A DNA stretch of 64,000 nt. It comes from Candidatus Eiseniibacteriota bacterium (GTDB lineage: Bacteria > Eisenbacteria > RBG-16-71-46 > JABDJR01). Below the pieces are notes generated by a model that was not told the DNA's origin, made no database searches, and saw nothing but the letters and a program-made list of their open reading frames with translations. The stretch lies in assembly GCA_963783375.1 (NCBI GenBank), contig CAWANH010000029.1, forward strand, positions 672,001-736,000, written 5' to 3'. Below are positions 57,461 to 64,000 of the stretch, piece by piece (position 1 is the stretch's first letter; the number at the start of each line of letters is the position of its first letter). The translations under genes and the position numbers were made by a program.

Positions 57461-59237
57461 GGCATCACCTCCTCTCCACCACCCGATACCGCCACGACGG
57501 TGAGGTCGTCGGGGAGCTTCCCTGCCGCAAACACCCGCACCGCGGCGATGAGCGCGGTGATGAGCGCCCGGGGCGGATCGCCGGCATGGGCGCGGATCGT
57601 GGATACCAGCCGCTCCTCACCGAACTCCTCCCCCTCCGGACTGGTGGCCTCGGTGACGCCGTCGGTATAGAGCACCAGGAGATCGCCGGGCCCCAGGTCG
57701 ATTTCGCTCTCCTCGTAGTCCTGGTCGGGAAAGGCGCCGAGAATCATTCCCCCCACCTCCAGCCACTCGATCTCCCCCCCGCCCGAAGCAGGAGCGGCGG
57801 GTTGTGTCCGGCGTTGGTGTAGCGGAACCGGGTGAGACCGGGATCCAGGATCCCGAACACCCCGGTCACGAACTCGGTCTCGCGGAGACTCCCTTTGAGA
57901 AACGTGTTGAGCTCGCGGGCCAGGACCGAGGGATGGGAGCGATGGGCCGCCCCCAGTCGGAACGCGGTGCGCAGGCTCGACATGATGAGCGCGGCGGGAA
58001 TCCCCTTTCCGGAAACGTCGGCGACCGCCACCGCCACCGTACCGTCGCGGCGCTCCAGGAAATCATAGTAGTCGCCGCTCACTTCCTCGTTGGGGAGGGT
58101 GCGGCCGTCCAGACCCCGCCGGCGAAGCCGGTCGGGAATCCGGGGGAGGAAGTAGCGCTGGATGCGACGTGCGATCCGGAGCTCCTGCTCCAACCGCCGC
58201 CGCTCCGTTTCCTGCTCGAGGAGCCGCGCCCGCTCCAGGGCCACCGCGGCCTGGCCGGCGAAGGTCTCGAGAAGTTCCAGATCGTGGGCGGTGTACGCGC
58301 CGTGGCGGTCGCTCTCCAGGTTGAACACCCCCAGCACCCGCCCCCCCGACTTGAGCGGGGCCACCATCTCGGAGACGGTGACGGATCGCGCGTCGTAGTA
58401 GCGCGGATCGTCCCGGACGTCGGCCACGATCTCCGGGCTTCCGGTCCGCGCCACCGAGCCCACGATGCCCTGGCCGACCTTGAGCCGCACCATCTCCTCC
58501 CCGCCCTCGGGATATCCCCGGAGCGACTGGTTGACGACCTCCAGCCCGTCCTCCCCCAGGAGATAGATCACCGCGGCGTCGTAGGGAACGACCTGCCGCA
58601 GGAGATCGAGAATGGTGGTGAGGAGCTCGCGCAGGTCGAGGGTCCGTCCCAGCTCCTGGCCCACCTCCTGGAGAAGTCGCGCCTCCAGACGCTCCCGGCG
58701 CAACCGTTCGTACAGGAGCCCGAGCTCGAAGGACGAGGCAACCTCGTTCAGGAGCCCCCCCAGCGCCCCGGCGTCGGGGATCACCGCGGGGTCCGGGTCG
58801 GCCAGCTCGACCAGCGCGACCGGACGGCCCCACGGCCGGACCCCCCCGGAGACCACCCGGTCCGCCGCAGCCCCCGCCTCCGCGGCCAGGGCGGCCAGGC
58901 CGGAGGAGAACCAATCCGTCTCCGGACGGCCCGGCTCCGGCACGGAGAGGTCCCGGATACGCTCCTCGGAGGTCAGGGGCCGGGTGGAGCGAAGCGGCGG
59001 CCGGTCCCGGGGCACGAGGAGAAAGACGTCCCGGTCGGCCTCGTGGAGGCGGGCGGAGATGCCGCAGGTCCGGGCCCCGGTCCCCTCCATCATCAATCGG
59101 GCCACCGACCCCAGAAAGCTCCGAAGCTCGAGCCGGGGATCGACGGCGAGGACATGCCGCCGGAGCCGGCGCCGGGGATCGACGGCGGGCCGGACTTCGG
59201 CGTCCTCGCCGGCCGAGGCGCCGGGATCGCGGCTCAT
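57457..59237 (-). CDS. GAF + SpoIIE/PP2C phosphatase (RsbU-like); frameshift at 57774-57780
   Basis: GAF domain, VSGDYYD, ADVSGKG and NAGHNPP in one frame. LYTDGVTEA and DDLTVV in the next frame. One extra G joins them into a 593-aa protein. Confidence 0.88.
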
Positions 59238-60421
59238 GCCCGACCCCCGCCCTCCGGAAGCGGGTACTTGAAACCGTTCCCGGTCAGGAACAGCACGACG
59301 TCCTCATGGGGCTCCAGCCAGCCCTCGGCGGCCAGAATACGCGCCGCGGCCACGGTGGCCGCGGCCTCGGGGGCGGCGAAGACGCCCTCGATCCTTCCCA
59401 ACTCACGCCGCGCGTCCTCCATGGCCCCGTCGGTCACGGTCAGCGCGGTCCCCCCGGTCCGCCGCACCGCGTCCAGGATCAGGTGATCACCGATGGTGCC
59501 GGGGACCCGGAGCCCGTTGGCTTCGGTCCGGGGGGCGGGCCAGGGCTCGGCGTGGTCCTTTCCTTCCCGAAAGGCCCGGACCAGGGGCGCGCACCCTTCG
59601 GCCTGAACCACCACGAAGCGGGGAGGCGGTCCGTACAGGAGCCCCAGGGCGCGAAGTTCCTCGTCCGCCTTGGCCATTCCCACGATGCCGGTCCCCCCGC
59701 CGGTGGGATAGATCACCGTGCGCGGCCAGCTCCAGCCCAACTGCTCCACCAGCTCGTAGCCCATGGTCTTCTTGCCCTCCACCCGGTAAGGCTCCTTCAG
59801 GGTGGAGAGGAAGAACCAGTCCGAGGCCTCGGGCCGCGCGGCCAGCCACCTCCCGGCCTGGGCGATGTCCCCGTCGACATCGTAGACCCGGGCCCCGTGC
59901 AACCGCGCCTCCTCGCGGAACGGCTCGGGCGTGGCCAGAGGAAGCGCCACGTGAACCTCCGCGCCCCAGTATCCCCCGTAGGCCGCGCCCGCGCCCCCCG
60001 CGTTTCCCGCGCTGGGGAGCGCCAGCCGCTTCGCCCCCAGCTCCACCGCCCGGGCCACCGCCGTGGCCATGCCCCGGGCCTTGAAGGACCCCCCCGGATT
60101 CCTGCCTTCGTCCTTGAGGAGGAGACGGGAGAGACCGAGAGCGGCGCCAAGCCGCTCGGCGTGCAGAAGCGGAGTGGCCCCCTCCCCGAGCCCGCGGCGT
60201 CGGCCCGGCTCGCGAACCGGCAACACCTCCGCCCATCGCCAGAGCCCCGGCTCCCGTTCCCGCAGGGCATCCGGGGTCAGAGTCTCCGCCGCCCGTTCCA
60301 GATCGTAGCGGGCCAGCCACGTCCCTCCGCACGGGCAGAAGGTCTGGAGCCGATCCGGATCGGCGGCGTCTCCACACCGTGCGCACTCGAGGGCGATGAG
60401 AGCGGAGACCGGTCGGGTCAT
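59234..60421 (-). CDS. thrC: Threonine synthase
   Basis: LGEGATPL, NPGGSFKARG, SAGNAG, YRVEGKKT, PTGGGTG and LTGNGFKY. Confidence 0.85.
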   Translation of the reverse strand: MTRPVSALIALECARCGDAADPDRLQTFCPCGGTWLARYDLERAAETLTPDALREREPGLWRWAEVLPVREPGRRRGLGEGATPLLHAERLGAALGLSRLLLKDEGRNPGGSFKARGMATAVARAVELGAKRLALPSAGNAGGAGAAYGGYWGAEVHVALPLATPEPFREEARLHGARVYDVDGDIAQAGRWLAARPEASDWFFLSTLKEPYRVEGKKTMGYELVEQLGWSWPRTVIYPTGGGTGIVGMAKADEELRALGLLYGPPPRFVVVQAEGCAPLVRAFREGKDHAEPWPAPRTEANGLRVPGTIGDHLILDAVRRTGGTALTVTDGAMEDARRELGRIEGVFAAPEAAATVAAARILAAEGWLEPHEDVVLFLTGNGFKYPLPEGGGRA

Positions 60422-60443
60422 CGCGGGTCGGCCCCGATCCCGA

Positions 60444-60797
60444 TCAGTCGGTGAGGAGGTAGAGGATGCGCCCGCAGTTCTCGCACACCTTGACCAGCTG
60501 GGCGGCGGTGATTTCCGAGAAGAAGCTCGGGGGCACGGACTGGAAGCACCCGAGACAGGTGCGGTTCTCCACCGGCACCACCGCTCGGCCGTACTTGGTC
60601 ACCAGCCGTTCGTAGATTCGGAGGTAGCGCTTGTCGATCCGGGTCACCAGCTTGGCCCGGGCGGCGTGGAGCGGCTCCAGATTGTCCATGGAGAATCCCA
60701 TGCTCTCGAGCTCCGCGCGTCGCTTGTCATCCTGGGTTTCCCGGATCAGGGAGTCGAGGTCCTGCAGGCTCACCAGGAGATGGAGCTGTTCATGCAC
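60444..60797 (-). CDS. C4-type zinc ribbon domain protein (short DUF164/zf-RING_7 type)
   Basis: LVSLQDLD, YERL, CLGC...CENCGRILY. Confidence 0.88.
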   Translation of the reverse strand: MHEQLHLLVSLQDLDSLIRETQDDKRRAELESMGFSMDNLEPLHAARAKLVTRIDKRYLRIYERLVTKYGRAVVPVENRTCLGCFQSVPPSFFSEITAAQLVKVCENCGRILYLLTD

Positions 60798-61260
60798 CTT
60801 CGTCGGCCTCCTCGAGTATTTCCGCCACCTCGTCGAAGTCCACCGCGGAGAGAAGCCGTCGGCGGGTCTTGGCGCTCTTGACCATCTCCACGATCTTTCC
60901 CAGCACCGGAAGATAGAGGTTGCTGCGTTCCTGGGGAGGAGCCACGGTCAGGAACACCAGGTGAACCGGCTTCCCGTCCATGGCGTCGAACTCGATCCCC
61001 TCCTCGGAACGCCCGAATACCACCGCCAACCGGGTGATGGCCAGGGTGCGACCGTGGGGGACCGCCACCCCACGTCCGATGCCGGTGGACCCGAGGTGCT
61101 CGCGCTGCCGGAGCATCTCCAGGAGGATATCCCCTTCCTTGATGCGCCCGGCCTTCACCAGACCTTCCACCAACTCCTTCAGGACCCCTTCCTTGTCCTT
61201 GGCCTTGAGCGTGGGAAGAAACAGGTCCTCTTCGAAGAACTCACTCAAACGGATGGTCAC
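60790..61260 (-). CDS. PTS IIA domain protein (Ntr/fructose type)
   Basis: GTG at 61260 after GAGGA. REHLGSTGIGRGVAVPH (phospho-His) and FDAMDGKPVHLVF. Confidence 0.92.
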   Translation of the reverse strand: MTIRLSEFFEEDLFLPTLKAKDKEGVLKELVEGLVKAGRIKEGDILLEMLRQREHLGSTGIGRGVAVPHGRTLAITRLAVVFGRSEEGIEFDAMDGKPVHLVFLTVAPPQERSNLYLPVLGKIVEMVKSAKTRRRLLSAVDFDEVAEILEEADEGA

Positions 61261-61352
61261 AATTGCGTTCCTCACGATGGATAGGTGATCGAGGCGACGA
61301 GCGGCCGGGATCGCGGGCGGAGATGGTGTGGCGGAATCGGCATGACCCGGAA

Positions 61353-61381
61353 ATAGTAGACCCGCCACGGGGGTGCGTCAA
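61353..61381 (-). promoter_or_regulatory. sigma-70 promoter for the PTS IIA operon
   Basis: TTGACG-N17-TACTAT on the minus strand. Confidence 0.6.
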
Positions 61382-61420
61382 TTCGCCCCCTCGGCCGCAG
61401 CGCGGGGCCTCCCGGTTCTC

Positions 61421-62650
61421 TCACCGCAGGCGTTCCAGGGTCCGGGCCGCCAGTTCCCGCTGGCTCCGAGCGGCGGCCTTGGGATCGTGGTGGCGCACCA
61501 CCCATTTCCGGCCCCGCTCCCCGAGTTCCCGACGAAGCGCGGGATCCCCCAGGGCCCGAACCACCAGGCCCGCCAGCTCCGCCGGATCCTCGGCGGCGAG
61601 GACTTCCTCTCCCGCTCCCGGTCCCAGGCCCAGCACGCCGATCGGGGTGCCCACCACCGCCCGGGCCAGGGCAAGGCTCTCCAGAAGCCGGATGCGAAGC
61701 CCCCCCCCGTATCGGAGCGGCACCAGCACCACCGCAGCGGTGAGGAGCACCGAGCGTACGTCGGCCACCTCTCCCAGAACCTCCGCTCCCCGCTCCCGGG
61801 CGCGTCGGGCCGCCCCGGGGGGAAGCCCCCCACCGGCCACCGCCAGTCGCGCCGACGGACGGCGTCTCTGAATCTCCGGCCACACTTCGGATAGGGTGAA
61901 GTCGAGGGCGTCCCGGTTGAAGTCGGCGGCGAAGGAGCCGAAGAGGAGTACCCGCTCGGGCTGCTCGGGAGGATCGCCGGGACCCGCCGGGGCCAGTTCT
62001 CCATCGAGATCCAGACCGTAGGGAACGATTCCGGTCAGCCCGGGCTTGACCCCCTCCACGGTCAGGGCCTCGTTCCGGTCCGCTTCGGTCAGGAACCAGG
62101 TGAAGGGCGCACCGGCCAGGGCGGCCTTCTCGCGGGTCTCCTCCAGGTCGGCCCACTGCGCACCGCGCGATCCATCCTGGGTGAACGCCGCGGCCCGCCG
62201 GCGGGCCGCGTACTCGATGTCGTGGGCGAAGAGGACGCGGGGCAGGTGGGGAACCCGGGCCAGGTACGGGGCCGAATACCAGTACTCCACCACCACCAGG
62301 TCGGGATGGAAGCGGTCCGCCTCGCGGGCGAAGGCATCGAGAAGCGGCGGAAGGCAGGTGTAGGACTCCACCGGAGGCATGCCGCGCCGTGTCGCCGCCC
62401 GGGTCCGGAAGCGATAGAGGGCCCGATGAAGGGTCGAAGCGCGATTGGGAGCCAGGGGGGCGGCCACTTCGAGGCCGGGCACGCGGTCGGTGAGCGAACG
62501 GACCGCCGCCGTCTCCGAGGCGGCCAGCCTCCGGGCGAAGAGCCGCACCGTGTGCTCCCGGGTCAGGTTCTCGAGAAGTTGCAGGGTCACCCGGCGGGTG
62601 CCCTGGATCGGAGGGTAGGGAAGGATCGGTTTCATCCAGAGAATTCGCAT
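61421..62650 (-). CDS. Glycosyltransferase family 4
   Basis: PYPPIQG, FGSF..DFNRDA and VPLRYGGGLRIRLLESLA. Confidence 0.88.
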   Translation of the reverse strand: MRILWMKPILPYPPIQGTRRVTLQLLENLTREHTVRLFARRLAASETAAVRSLTDRVPGLEVAAPLAPNRASTLHRALYRFRTRAATRRGMPPVESYTCLPPLLDAFAREADRFHPDLVVVEYWYSAPYLARVPHLPRVLFAHDIEYAARRRAAAFTQDGSRGAQWADLEETREKAALAGAPFTWFLTEADRNEALTVEGVKPGLTGIVPYGLDLDGELAPAGPGDPPEQPERVLLFGSFAADFNRDALDFTLSEVWPEIQRRRPSARLAVAGGGLPPGAARRARERGAEVLGEVADVRSVLLTAAVVLVPLRYGGGLRIRLLESLALARAVVGTPIGVLGLGPGAGEEVLAAEDPAELAGLVVRALGDPALRRELGERGRKWVVRHHDPKAAARSQRELAARTLERLR

Positions 62651-63729
62651 CAGGCCACCGCCTCTCCGGCCACAACGTTTTCGTAGACCCGGGTGGTGGC
62701 CCGAAGGGCGCGCTCGAGGGTGAACGCCTCCTCGTAGCGCCTCCGAGCCGAGGCTCCCCACCGTTCCGGGAGCGCCCGGTCCGCCTCCGCCTCCCGGAGC
62801 GCCTCGGACCAGGCGGCCACGTCGTTCAACGGAAGCCGCCGGCCGGTCCGCTCATCCACCACCTCGTCCATCCCCGGAAGGTCGCTCACCATCGCCCCCC
62901 GGCCGGCCGCGAAACCTTCCAGCACGGCAAGCGGCATACCCTCCAGGCGCGAAGGGAGCGCCACCAGGTGTATCCCGGCGAGGAAGGCGTAGGGATCGGC
63001 CACCGGTCCGAGGAACTCCACCCGATCCCGCTGACCCAGGCGCTCGACCAACCGCTCCAGGGCGGGGCGCAGCGGACCTTCTCCCCCCACCTCGAGCCGG
63101 AGCGGGACATCGGGGAGCGCGGCCAGGGCCTGCACCAGCACGTCCACCTGCTTTCGCGGTTCCAGGGTGCCGAGAAACCCGATGCGGAGCGGACCCTCGG
63201 ATCGCGGCCACGCGCGGGCCCCGCCGGGATCGGGCACCCCGTTGGGAATCACCGCGATCCGCTCCCGGGGAAACCCCTCGGTGGTGAGCGTTTCCCGGCT
63301 GGACTCGCTCACCACGATGGTCGCCGCCGTTCCCCCCGCCGTCCAGAGCTTCATGAGCCGGCGTCGGCGGGAGCGCGGAATGCGGGTCAGGTGTTCGGTG
63401 GACACCACCGGCCGGCCGGTGGCCGCGTGGAGCAGGAACGGCAGCAGGCCGGCCCCACCGTCGTAGGTCGAGGGGAGGTTCAGGTGGATGAGATCGGGGC
63501 GGGCGGCGCGGGCGGCGCCGATCATCCGTGCCGTCCCGACTCCTCCCGAAGCATAGGGATGGACCGGCACGCCGGCCTCGGCCAGCCGGCGCCGAAACGG
63601 GGCGAGTTCCCGCCGCTCCGGAATCGCGACCTCCGCCGTCCAGCCGGCAAGCCCGCTCGCCAACCGCTCCAGGTACACTTCGGCGCCTCCGTACCCGTGC
63701 GCTTCGGAGACCAGGAGGACCCGCCTCAT
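62650..63729 (-). CDS. Glycosyltransferase family 4
   Basis: YGGAE, VIPNGV, GTLEPRKQ and PSRLEGMPLAVLEG. Confidence 0.9.
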   Translation of the reverse strand: MRRVLLVSEAHGYGGAEVYLERLASGLAGWTAEVAIPERRELAPFRRRLAEAGVPVHPYASGGVGTARMIGAARAARPDLIHLNLPSTYDGGAGLLPFLLHAATGRPVVSTEHLTRIPRSRRRRLMKLWTAGGTAATIVVSESSRETLTTEGFPRERIAVIPNGVPDPGGARAWPRSEGPLRIGFLGTLEPRKQVDVLVQALAALPDVPLRLEVGGEGPLRPALERLVERLGQRDRVEFLGPVADPYAFLAGIHLVALPSRLEGMPLAVLEGFAAGRGAMVSDLPGMDEVVDERTGRRLPLNDVAAWSEALREAEADRALPERWGASARRRYEEAFTLERALRATTRVYENVVAGEAVA

Positions 63730-64000
63730 CGCGAGCCGCGCCCCCGAAGCAACCGGAAACCCCGAATCTCGACCCCTCCGTGGCTCCAGGACTCGATCGG
63801 GGTCCCGTCCTCGGCCAGCCAGGCCGGAACTTTCCCCTCCGGATCGTCGTACCAGAGCCTCGCCCCCACCCACCACACCCTGTGATGGTCGTCGAGCAAA
63901 CGGCCCAACCGCGCCCGCCCGCCGTCGGGTTCCCGGAAGAAGACCGGGTAATAGGCCTCCAGGCGGCCGGGGCCGTGATAGTACCGGTCCAGCACTCCCA
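63726..64000 (-). CDS. C-terminal end of a gene running off the window, possibly a membrane glycosyltransferase
   Basis: Open frame to the window edge (LDRYYHG...RVWWV...DDPEG). ATGA overlap with the GT4 start. Confidence 0.55.
   Translation of the reverse strand, partial: GVLDRYYHGPGRLEAYYPVFFREPDGGRARLGRLLDDHHRVWWVGARLWYDDPEGKVPAWLAEDGTPIESWSHGGVEIRGFRLLRGRGSR

Noticed and set aside
1-64000. CRISPR arrays, tRNA/rRNA, IS or integrase genes, prophage or defence genes
   Set aside because: No regularly spaced repeats, RNA gene signatures or recombinase/transposase motifs were found by eye.

Overview
A GC-rich bacterial chromosomal segment from a diderm organism (it encodes TolC, TonB/ExbBD and LPS heptose genes). 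An uncultured FCB-group-like lineage is plausible, but that is inference only. I resolved about 55 genes, mostly on the minus strand, and found no rRNA, tRNA, IS element, prophage or CRISPR array. Most long ORFs in the supplied track are antisense or out-of-frame shadows. The main result is a ~14 kb minus-strand run (15216 to 1054). It starts with a glycine cleavage operon (gcvT-H-PA-PB, no L protein) behind a Rex/CRP-type palindrome that overlaps its -10 element. It continues into an uncharacterised module: two small proteins, an orphan GlmL/MutL-like actin-fold ATPase, a barrel-sandwich-hybrid protein and four membrane proteins including DUF6754. A DUF2270-pgaD-pgaC block interrupts that module. 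The rest of the window holds pepA, uvrA, a split MacAB-TolC exporter, exbB-exbD-exbD-tonB with a long leader, TPR/DUF4388 genes, gmhB/waaF/pspC and two GT-C glycosyltransferases. It also holds an S41 protease, two sigma-54 activators, an orphan PilX-like pilin with a sigma-54 promoter, tldDE, a CDF transporter, a K+ channel, a PTS-IIA/Zn-ribbon/thrC/RsbU/thrC-like operon and GT4 genes. Three genes have single-base frameshifts in G homopolymers, most likely sequencing error. Family assignments come from motif recognition, not database searches.
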